Assembly (NCBI GenBank): GCA_016618085.1
Contig: JABLTG010000017.1
Span: 62,001-126,000, forward strand
DNA length: 64,000 nt
Origin: Neovahlkampfia damariscottae
Lineage: Eukaryota
Direction: 5' to 3'
How positions within the stretch are numbered: the first letter of the stretch is position 1; every line of letters begins with the position of its first letter. Shown here piece by piece: positions 39,635-50,721 of this stretch. Under the pieces are notes generated by a model, which saw only the letters and a program-made list of their open reading frames with translations, was not told the DNA's origin and did not search any database. Both the position numbers and the translations under genes were made by a program.

Positions 39635-40756
39635 ATGATGGTGATTTTGTATTTATTTTTATTTTTGATTGGAATTGTAGCTTTAGCACTCTATTCTTTC
39701 AAGACTCCAAGTAGAAATGGATTTGGAGCAAAAACAACATCTGAAGAAGTTACAAAAGGAATTAACCTTGAAGGAAAAGTAGCTATTGTAACAGGAGCTA
39801 ATACAGGTTTAGGGCTTGAAAATGCAAGGTAAACATCATTCAAAAAAAAATTAAAAATTTAGAGTTTTTGCTTTGAGAGGTGCTCATGTTATTTTGGCTT
39901 GCAGAAATCAAAAGAAAATGAATGAAGCAGCTGAAGGTATCAAAAAAGAAATTAAAAATGCAAAAATAACATGTATGGAGTTGGATTTAGGTGACTTAGA
40001 AAGTGTCAATTCATTTGTGAAAAAATTCAAAAAAATGAATCTTCCTTTACACATTCTTGTGGCAAATGCAGGAATCACAGGTACAACAAAACAAAATTAA
40101 ATATTTATTGTAGGTGGTGCGACACGTGAATTAACTAAAGATGGATTTGAATCGAATATGGGCATCAATCACTTTGGAACTTTTTCACACACTGTTCAAA
40201 TGGTTCCATTTCTTGTAAAGACAGCAAAAGAAACCGGTGAAGAATGTAGAATTGTTGTGTTAACTTCATATGCTTATTGTTCTTTGGGTACCGGAAAAAT
40301 TGATTTTGAAAATCTCAATTTTGAAAAACCAGGAAGTTATGACGTTTGGGCAGCTTATGCTCAAAGTAAAATTGGAAATATTGTAATGGCTAATGAATTA
40401 CATAAAAGATTAAAAGGAACAAATGTCACATGTAACTCAGTTCATCCAGGTAAAGAATTTCCTCTTCTAACACTTTAATAGGAACTATTAAAACACAGAG
40501 CAGCAAAGATGTTTCTGATACATTCTTTTATAGATTTATTACATTTGTATCATATCCATTTATGAAAGATTGTGCTCAAGGAGCTTCAACTCAAGTCTAT
40601 GCTGCTACCCATCCTGAATTGCAAGGAAAAGGACAATTGTTGTTATGTGATTGTAATGAATGGCCATTAAATGCATACACCAAAAGAGAAGATGTTTGGA
40701 AAAAATTATTTGATGTCAGTGAAGAAATGACTGGTGTGAAATTTTCCGTTGAATAA
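39635..40756 (+). CDS. Short-chain dehydrogenase/reductase with N-terminal membrane anchor, paralogue of 37142-38122
   Basis: TGANTGLG, ANAG, INHFG, YAQSK and VHPG; three introns. Confidence 0.9.
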
Positions 40757-40757
40757 A

Positions 40758-41276
40758 TCATTTATTTTTTTTTTCCTTAAAATCAACGTTTGAATGAATT
40801 AAGTTGAAAAATTTGAGAGCACTGAAAAAAGAGCATACAATCCATGGACCTGCTACACCAACATAAAAAATTAAGAAATAAGAAAGTGGTTCTGTTTTAT
40901 GAAAAACATTTAAACCAGCAACTGTAGCATTAAAATAATCCATTAAAAAGTATAAAACTGTTTTTGAGCATGTCATGACACTAGCAACTAAACCAAACAT
41001 TGCAGAGTTTTTAACTGAGCTTGTGAAGTAAAAGAATAAACTAAGAGTGTTGAAGAGCATTTCAACCATGTTTACATAACATTGTGCTAATACAAAACCA
41101 TCTTTCATGTCTAAATATTTTGGGTCAGCAACTCCGTACATTTCAGTGTAACCGCTAAATAACCAATATAAGGAACCTCCTTTTAATGATTCAGGTCTTG
41201 TCAAAAGAAATGCACAATCATAAAAACACAAGATATTTGAGATAATGAACCAGACAATAATCCACTTTGGAATCAT
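40758..41276 (-). CDS. EXPERA-domain (EBP/emopamil-binding-like) membrane protein
   Basis: WF..S..LC.YD..F.L.RP, YGVADPKY, AQ..VN.VE, SKTVLYF and PWIV motifs; four to five TMs; ER-retrieval-like KKNK end. Confidence 0.75.
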   Translation of the reverse strand: MIPKWIIVWFIISNILCFYDCAFLLTRPESLKGGSLYWLFSGYTEMYGVADPKYLDMKDGFVLAQCYVNMVEMLFNTLSLFFYFTSSVKNSAMFGLVASVMTCSKTVLYFLMDYFNATVAGLNVFHKTEPLSYFLIFYVGVAGPWIVCSFFSALKFFNLIHSNVDFKEKKNK

Positions 41277-41369
41277 TTTTTTTTTGTGAGTGTTTGAAAA
41301 ATGGGTTGATTGGTGGGTTCTTAATCCAATAATAATTTAGCCGAAAAATTGAAGTAAAATTTTTAAATT

Positions 41370-43368
41370 TTATTCACTAAAAGTGAAATTCATGTTTCTC
41401 AATGGTACATTTTTTAATAATACTGGAAATCGACGAAACCATTGAAGTTCAGCATCATCCATGATTGTTCCTTGAGCAAAGTCAAATGCCATTTTATCAA
41501 AACTCATGGCATGTAATAACAATTCTCTTGTGTGATTTTTAATATAAATCAATGCTCTTTTGTCTTTTTCAACTGCTTTCATCGCAATTTGCTGATCACT
41601 TCTCAATGATTCGTCAGCAATCGATAGTACAAACCAATCTGTTTCCAAAGCCAACATCAGTAATTCAGAATCATGTTTAAAATGACAATATCGAAAAGCA
41701 CTTCCATCTTGAGTGACAACTTTCTTCACAAATTCAAAATCATTTTTGAAAACTTCATCTGCGTGAATGAAATTTTCTCCATGAAACTTGATTGTTTGAA
41801 ATATAAATTCCTTATCCTTTAATAATTTTCCCCCTGCTTTTGACATCAATTTTGAATCTTGTTCGATTACTTTCAACATGATTGATGCATCTTCTCGATA
41901 TTTGGGAGCACAGTATTCAATTGCTGATGGGTTTTGTGAAACTGCAGCTTCTACAATTTCTCTATTTTGATTCTTCAAATCAAAATTTTGGATTAACAAA
42001 CCATCTTTTTGGACAACTTTTAGAATAATTTCTTTGTCTTTTTTGATCATATTTGAAGAATAAACTATTAAATTTGGATTCTTTTCAATTAAATTTGAGA
42101 ATATTTCTTTATCTTCTTTGAATTTTTTAGATAGATGACGGATGGTATTTGGATTCCTTGATAGAGCTATCATAACCAATTCTTTGTCATTTTTCAATTC
42201 TTCAGATGCAAACAAAATAGCTTCTGATTTATTAGATACAGCTATGGTTACAATCTCTTTATCATTTTTCATCTCAAAATGTTCAAGTAATTCACCATTT
42301 TTGGCAAGTACTTTTTTCGCAATCTCTCGATTGTTGTTCCACCTTGATGATGGAATATAAATAATCGCATTGGGATCCATTTCTATGACTAAGTTAATGA
42401 TTTCTTCAGATTGTTTCAATTTCTTTGAAATGTATTGAACAGCTGAAGCATTTTGAGTGATAGCAGCTTTGATAATGGTTTGATCATTTCTCAAATGTTC
42501 AGAAGCAAATTTAATACAATCACCATATTTTTGACATGCTAATAAACACAATTCAAAGTTTTCTCGATATGTACTCTTCAAATTTTTGAATATTTTAGGG
42601 TTTTTTGTCAGAGCTTCTTTCAAGAAATTTTCATCATGCAATAGTTTTTTTGGCGCCATTGTGAGATATTTTTCTCCACCATATTTTGATATAACTTCCA
42701 ATATAAAATCTTTTTCTTCTAATAATTTTTTTGATGCAAAAGAAATTGCTGAAGAATCCAAACGAATTGCTTCAATCATAATTTCTTTGTCATTTTTTAT
42801 GTGTTCAGAAAAAAATTCCAAAGAATCAGTATCTTCTTTAATAGCAATAAGTGCAAGTTCTCTATCATTTTGAAGTCTTTTTGATGCATATTGAATGAGT
42901 TTTCCTCTTTCAGCAAGTAAAAATTCAAATGTCTCTTTATCATCCTTCAATTTCAAAGAAGCATCTTTAATTTTCTCTGGGTGCTCATTTAACATTTTAA
43001 AAATAGATTCATCATTTTCTGATTTTTCTACAGAGTCAGTGTATTCCAAGTACAAAAGAGATGCCTAAAAAATTTAGATTCCAAATAAAATTTTTAACTT
43101 TGAGAAGAACTTCATGGATTTTTACATTCGGTGTTTCTAAACAAAAAGTGTCCAAAGTGTATAACCACTGTGTGTGGTTTACGAGTTCAGTTTCACAAAC
43201 AACTTCAAAACGACCTTGAATTTTGAACTGTAATTCCTTGTATTTGGTACTTTTGAAGTAGAAAACATCGTTTCTTTTATCCAGTAGTTTCAAATCACAC
43301 AAGTTATCTTCTGAGTCCAGAAAATTTTGGATTCGTTGTGGGTTTGAGCGGTATATTCTATTGTTCAT
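41370..43368 (-). CDS. DUF4116-repeat protein with a distinct ~110-aa N-terminal domain
   Basis: About 20 copies of the ~24-aa 'A(I/L).FASEELKNDKE(I/L)V..AV' unit. An intron near 43065-43098 joins it to the MNNRIYRSNP exon. Confidence 0.85.
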
Positions 43369-43646
43369 TGATTGGTTTGATTTTTCCAGATTTTTTATTC
43401 CAAGTTCAATTGAAAACAATAATTTCCAATGAAGAGTTGTTAAAAAATTATTGAAATCAACCAGGAGAATTTAGTACCCAATCATTACATTCGAATTCAG
43501 CAAACCGATGAAATAGTATTGGTTACTTAGGAAACAAAGCAAAAATAAACCTTACATTCAATTATAACACAACATCACTATTTGGAAATTTGAATCTATT
43601 TTTATCCTTCAACTTCAATTGTCCACTCAAACAATTTCAGGTTAAA

Positions 43647-44940
43647 ATGTCTTCAGAAACGATAAACACATTTCTCGCTCAAATTTCCAGTCAAACACAA
43701 GCTATACTTGATAAAAAAGAAACATCATTTGAAACAGCTTCTGAATTGGTTAATGTTGCAGGAGCTTTGGAAACTCAAATAAAATCCTCCCAAGATATTC
43801 AAAAAAAAGAATATTTAAAAAAAGTACTCCAAATATTTTTTTAAATATTTTTTAGGAATTTGGATGGCAACTCAGAAAACATGATCGAGTACCTTGTATC
43901 ATTGCTGAGGCATTTGATGAACTTTTAAGAAAAAATACAACAGATGAAATTAATGATTTTTCAACAAAACTAGTTCACTTACTCGGTTATGTTTATGACA
44001 AAGATATATTTATTTACTATTATCATCGATTATTATTCAAAAGATCTTCAAATTTGAACGTGAAACATGAATTGAATGTCTTAGAAAAATTAAAGAAAAA
44101 TTATGGTATTTCATTTGTCATGAAGTCAGAAAGCTTGATAAATGATGTAAATACTTCAAAAAAAATGAATGATGAATTTCAAAATGAACTTGAAAAAAAT
44201 GATTTTTCATTGAATGTAAATTCAGAAATGAACATTTACACAGATTTATCAGTCGACAAAATACTTTCAGGAAATAATATTCCAATAGATTATTTACCAG
44301 AAGATTTGAAAGATTCCTTTCTTTTATTTGAAGATTTTTATAATTCTAAACATAAAAATAGAACACTTAAATTATCCCAAAATCAATCGATTTGTGAAAT
44401 GACAGCAAATTTCAAAAGTGGACAATATCAATTGAAATTGAATGCTATTCAAGTAATATTTCAATATTTAACCTAAATATTTCTAAAAAGGCTTCTTTGA
44501 TGAATATGTTCAATAACGAATCAAAATTAAAAAAATCTGAAATTGAAAAGATTTTTGGAGATGACACATTAAAACTATTTCTCACAAGAAAAATATTTTG
44601 TGAAGTAAATAATGATATAATTTCCATCAATGAAGATTTTACTTCAAATGAATCAAATATTGATTTGACAAAACCACTAAATGAAGAAAAAGAAAAACAA
44701 AAAAATGAGACTTTAATTAACAAGCCAATGGAATTGACAATCGATGCTGCTATTTTTAGAATAATGAGGTGCCGTAATAAACTTCATTTAGATGAATTGT
44801 TCAAAGAATCAAGTTCTCAACTTGCAAATTCATTTTCTCTAGATCGAAAATTATTCAAAGCACGTGTCGATGGATTATTGGATAAAGAATACCTTGAAAG
44901 AGACGAAAAAGATCCACATTTATTTCACTTTTTACCATAA
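43647..44940 (+). CDS. Short cullin-like protein (~400 aa; cullin homology and neddylation domains only)
   Basis: DKDIFIYYYHRLLFKR, FEDFYNSKHKNRTLKL and IDAAIFRIMRCR...LLDKEYLERD; two introns. Confidence 0.85.
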
Positions 44941-45053
44941 ATAATACGAATACATTGTAGAATTCATTCAAACATTTATATCCTTCTTGTGGAAGATTCT
45001 CTTTTCTATTCGGAAAATTGACCAATCATTTATCTTTCTAGAACCAGACAAAA

Positions 45054-48000
45054 ATGTCCGAACCTGATGTGAGCAATTCAGAAGTCATCGAGACAAAAGA
45101 TATTTTATCTTTAGATGCTATAGAATTACCACCGCGTTCACCAGCAATCGATCCAAAACTGCTTCCTTCTGCTGGAGTTGAATTAATTGGTATTCCACAA
45201 ATAGGTTCTGAAGAAGACCTTTCTGAATTATCAGACAGATCAACAACACCAAAATCATCACTTGATTATGATAGACCAAGACCTGCTCAAGAAGTTAAAG
45301 AATTACTCAGCGGAACTCCAAAGAAAACAAAAACTTATAAAAAATTAACAGATTCTAGCAGTTCAGATTTAATCAGGTATATGTTGAAAAATTATGGTGA
45401 AGTTAAAATTATGCCACATTTACTTCAGAGAAAAGAAAATTTCAGAAAAGTCAAAAAGGACTATTCCAATTTTAAGTCGGAAATTTTATTGCACTCTGCT
45501 ATTTTTTTATTTTTTATTTCATTGATGAGAGTAGGTCCTACATTGATGTATGGCGAAAATTTACATCTCGCTTATTATTTAGACATGAAAATGGTAAAAA
45601 AAGAAAAAGTGTTAAAAAAATATTCTTAGTTCTATGGATGGAATGATTTTCAATTTTATTCTACTTTGCCATTTTTAGTTGGTTCTAGTTTTGCTTTTCT
45701 GTTATTTTTTTTGTTCAGATTAATTTCATTTCCATTCCTTGTTGCTTTATCAAATGTAACTTAAAAAAAAATTTATGTTTTTTATCAGCACATTGAATCA
45801 AAACCAACAAAATTTTTGCAAGTTTTTGTTAACTTTTTAAAAGATCCTTATTATATTTGCATTTTATCACTTTGTTTGATGACTGGTTTTCAACTCGGAG
45901 TTATTTATTCAATTCAATACCCATCACCCATAGCATTGATTATTTTGAGAGGATTATTTGGTTTTTTTGATGGCATTCATAGATGTAAGAATTTCAACAC
46001 TAAAAACTCTTTTAATTCAGATCATACTGTTTATTTTGTGGCGAAGATTTTCTCCAACCAAAATTTTTGTTTAGCTGTTGGGTTCATTACATCAGTTGAA
46101 ACATTAGTTACAGCATCTTTGACTTTAGTGAAGACTTATATTACTGCAAATTATTATTTATGGGGTTGTTTTTTTGCTTGCATTTTTTCGACTATTGTCA
46201 GTGCTTCCTTGAAAACATTAGACACAAAGGACTTTAATTTGTTTGGCGCAAATTTTGAAGAAGAATTTTTAATCATTTCAAGATTGAAACATAAAACTCA
46301 GTTAGTTGCAATCATTGTTGTTTTTTCAATTTTCCATTTAAGGTAAGAAACAATTCACCAATTAAAATACTATAGTTTACAATTTTGTAACTTTGTAGGT
46401 TTGAACATATTTCCGTTGAATTTCGGAGGTTATGGAATTTGGTTTTCAAAAATGAATATCAATCCATTTTCATCTGATTTATTTGTTTTGATATTTACCG
46501 CATATCTAATCAAAGCAATGATGATTCCTTTAATCGGAACATTATTGGATACAGAATATGACACATTTGAAGTAAAGCATTCAAACATTGTCGAAATCAT
46601 CCAAAAGCACACTATCCATTTCAGAACGATTTTTATTGGAATATTGGGAACTGCCATTAGTCAAGTTTTGTATTATTTCACTGAAGTAGAACCTAGAACT
46701 CATTATTATTATGGATTGATGGTTTTGTATTCTTTATGCTCTTCTTCACTTCAAATATCTTTAATTTCATTTCCAATGATTATCATTAGAAATATGGTTC
46801 CTCAAATGTTTGCTACTTATTACTCAATGTATTCTGGTCTATATTTGCTCACAAAAGATGTATCAAGAATTTTACATATATTTGTAATTGATAATGAGAT
46901 TGCAGTTCAAGTTTTTATGAGTACAACAATTGCTTATATTTTGATTATCTTGGTTTTTATTGTTGTTGTTTGGGTTGTATCTTATGGAGTCAAAAGATAC
47001 AGAAAATCAAAAGTTCAAAAGTTTAAAATCATTGAAAGTGAAGATACTGCTGGTGAAAACAGCAGAAGACACAGTCATGTTGGTACCTTAAACTTTCCTG
47101 TGGGAGACATTGTTGGTCAATATTGGAGGTTGATTTACATCCTTCCAATGGAAATTATTTCTCTTTGTGTGACATCATTAGGAGCTTTCCTCTTATTTGG
47201 TGCTGTCAATTTTTCAATGATTTATTTTTATGGATATAGGGATACCAATTTGATTTTCTTGCCAATTTTGTTCATAATGTTTTTGATTTCAATATTTTTT
47301 TCATTTTCAGCACCTGCAAGAAAATTATTCAGTAAAACATTCTTCAAGAAGACGAGAAAGATTTTAGGAATTTTAAAGAAAGTTACCATTGGAAAAAAGA
47401 TTACTGAAAACTTTAGATATTCAATTGCCATTTGGACTTTAAAAACTGGAGCTCCATACAAATTAGAAGCGTTATCAAAAGCAGATGACACAGATTTTTT
47501 GACTTTTATTGTTCCAGATAGTATTGTTTTAAGGAATGAAGACGATAGAATCAAAATTTTTGAATTGATTGAAGACGTGAAACTTGATAGAGTAACCAAC
47601 AAACAACATTGTTCAAATGGTGTTTTGATTACCAATGATAGTGAAAGAAGAAATATTTTCAATTTTCAAAGTCGCATGAATGACTTTGTAGTTTTGAGAA
47701 AATTGAAAGGTAGATTTTTCGATTCGAATTGGTTCAAACAAAATTTTTACTTTGTTATGTATGGAGGTTATATTATGGTCTTTGCATTACCAGTTTTTAT
47801 CAATATCTTTTATTGTATTGAAGATTGTAAATTGCCTTTATTTTCAAATAGTGCAAATGCAACATCTGTCATTGTTAATTTTTTTTGTGGATTCTTTTTA
47901 ATGTATCCATTCGTAAATGCTTGGAAAGAAGTTTTTTTAATTATTGAACAATTGTCAAATCAAGCTATTATTTTGAAAAAATTGACCGGAGAAATATTTG

Positions 48001-48578
48001 GTGACCTATCAAACTTCACCATAGAGAAAATCGAAGAATGGGATAAAATTATGCTTCATGTCAATAATTTGATCTTTGTAAGAGCGACATATATCAAATA
48101 TACATTCATTATTGCTTGGTCTTCTTCCAAATTCAGTTCAATTTTATTTGGTATTTTTGCTTTGTTTTTGAAAACAAAAATCACAACTTTATTCATTAGT
48201 TTAGTATTTTTAGTTGTGCTTTTGGAAATTGCTGTAATTTTTTATTTGGTATTGCCAGCATCCATGACAACCATGGAAATGACTGCTACAGTTATTGCGG
48301 CGCTGGACATTGAAAGAGAATTCACCTCTAAAATTTTGTTCAATGACCAATACACTGACGAAGAAAAAATTAAAATTGAAAAAGCTTTAAGATTAATGAA
48401 TTCAAAATGCAAATATTGGCAAGCACAAGCACAATTGGGATATATTGGTTATTGGTTCAGACTTGAATCTATTCATACATCATGGGGAATTGGACCAGGA
48501 GATGTGAGATCAAGTATCATGGCATTTTTGTTTACTTTGACTCCTTCATTGATTACATTCTTCCTTAACAATACCTAA
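45054..48578 (+). CDS. Large polytopic membrane protein, N-terminal half MFS-like
   Basis: More than 12 hydrophobic segments; MFS-like ILRGLFGFFDG and PLIGTLLD; four short introns. Confidence 0.7.
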
Positions 48579-48894
48579 GAAAATTAGACGAATTAAATTT
48601 CCTTTTTTGTAACCTATTTAATGGAAAAGTCCTATTTTTTTAGCAAAAGTGAACAAAATTCTTTCTTTTATGTGAACAATAAAATCCTTTGCATACATTT
48701 CAAAAAAATGAAAAAATTATTTTACCAATCGAATTCTATTGGCTGCGTCCAAAATTGCAGAATCTCCTGTTCCCATTTTAATATCGAAAAAAATAACATT
48801 TGAGTGATGGAATTCTCTTGAAAACAACGAAATGAATTGACCAATAAAAACGTAGCTTTTTTTTGTGAAAACAGAGGACAAAATAGCAACAGCT

Positions 48895-50611
48895 ATGAAA
48901 CACTTATTTGCACTCGATTTATCAGTAGCAATTCGTAAACGCGAAGTGGAAGAATTACAAAAATTACTAATCCAAGGTCTGGACATTAACGAACAAATAG
49001 ACTACCCTGTTGGTTGTGTAAGAAAAAAAAAAAAGTGTTAAAAAAAAACAAGAACGTAAGACTAAATTTAAACCGACTGAAATTCACTCCAGTACGTAAG
49101 AAAATAGAAATTTAAAAAAAAACTCTGAAGAAAGTAACCGTTTTTTTTAAAAAAAAAATTAAAAATATTTAGAACGTAAGAGACAATTAAGTTTTAATTT
49201 GATTCAGGATGTAAGAAGAATATATATATTTGATGCTAATATCTACTTAGAAAGTAAGAAAACAAATTTTAAATGAACTTTTAATAAGTATGTAAGATCT
49301 CAAATTCATTGGTGAATTAAAAATTAAATTTAGTGGGTAAAAAAATAAAAAATTTAAATTACAACAAAAGTGGGTAAGAATAAATTAGAAATTAAAAAAA
49401 AAATTTATTTTAGTACGTAAGAAATAATAAAACTTTAAAAATATTTTAGTACGTAAGAAATAAAATTAGAAATAAAATATATTTTAGAAAGTAAGAATAA
49501 ATTCATCAATAAACAATGTCATAGAACGTAAAAATAAAAATAATTAAAAACGACATTTTAGGAAGTAATTTAAAAAAAAATTAATTGTAAAAAGTATATC
49601 ACAAACGTAAGTCACTTTGATCACAAACTTTAAAAGGATAAAAGAGCATATGGTGAGAGTATTCCATGGACAGCACTTCAATACGCTGCAGCAAGTGGAT
49701 ATCAAGTATTTTCTTGTTTTATTAAACTTTAACAGGACGTTATTGATTTTTTAGTTGAAAATGGAGCGGATACCACTATTCAAGATAAATGTAATCGCAC
49801 AGCGCAACAAATAGCAGATTTATTAAACAGAAATGTGGATGTCCAAAAATGGAACAAAGAACAAGAAAAGAAAGAAAATGAAAAATCAGTTGAACAAAAA
49901 GAAATTGAAAAGAAAAAAAAAGAAGAAGAAGAAATCTTGAAAAAATTTGATGAATTCATTTCACAACCAATAGAATTCTTCAAAAAATTAAAAGTCTCTT
50001 ACAATTCTAAGAAACAACATTTTGAAGTATTTCTCAACAAATATCAAAAATTTGCTAAAAATATTGATGGAAATGATTATTTAGAGAACATAATGATCGA
50101 AAGACTCGAAAAATCAAAAGATTCAAAAATGATTGAAGTTTTAAGTGACTCATTAAGAAAGAGTTATAAACAAAAATTCATTGAAGTAGTTTCAGAATCA
50201 AAAAAGAAATTAGGTTTACCAAAGAAATTAGGAATTAAGCTTTCATTATTGGTGTATGATAAAGCAGAAGAATTTCCTGATCTCAATGAAGAACAACTTT
50301 ACCAATTGATTTATGAAGATGAGTTTATTGAATGGTCAGAAAATAAATCTGAATTTATGAAGGAATTTGATGAGTTAGTCGGATTTGATGGACTTTCAGG
50401 AATGGATTCACAACCTAATATTTTTAAAGCAATTAGATCAGGAGAAATTTCAGGCATTGATTATTCTCAATTCTTTCCAGAATTAGAACAATTTTTTGGA
50501 ACAATGAAAAAATATTTTGGTGATGATTCAATGGAAGTCTTTTTGAAATTGACAAATGAAAATGAATCATTAAAACAACAAATTGAAATTCTCAAAGGAG
50601 GAAAAAAATAA
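48895..50611 (+). CDS. Ankyrin-repeat protein with a 14x single-codon microexon array, fused to a coiled coil and an uncharacterised C-terminal domain (373 aa with all exons)
   Basis: Exons: 48895-49017, fourteen 3-nt exons (49053-49564), 49595-49606, 49637-49705, 49736-50611, separated by 17 phase-0 GT-AG introns. Translation: MKHLFALDLSVAIRKREVEELQKLLIQGLDINEQIDYPVGC-NYKNDKYWWYYKNE-YITN-DKRAYGESIPWTALQYAAASGYQ-DVIDFLVENGADTTIQDKCNRTAQQIA..., in frame with ORF 49835-50611. Confidence 0.88.
49018..49636 (+). repeat. Array of 16 [GTAA...AG intron + microexon] units with ~38-nt period
   Basis: The pattern AG-NNN-GTAA recurs 14 times at 35-45 nt spacing. Intron interiors are divergent and A/T-rich. 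Confidence 0.92.
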
Positions 50612-50721
50612 AATTATCATTTCTCATTCAACTCGAAATATTATTTTTATTGGAAGTTAAAAGATGTTTTTATTGGATAATTTTTTAACAGGTGGTTAAA
50701 ACAAACAGCATTTCTTCAGTC

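Noticed and set aside
48717..48986. 89-aa minus-strand ORF
   Set aside because: It is the antisense shadow of exon 1 and the promoter of the ankyrin gene.
49018..49636. CRISPR-like or satellite interpretation of the ~38-nt periodic AG-NNN-GTAAGA motif
   Set aside because: The conserved part is only the splice signals, the intervening sequence is low-complexity intron-like DNA, no cas genes are present, and the context is eukaryotic. The intron/microexon parse explains every base.
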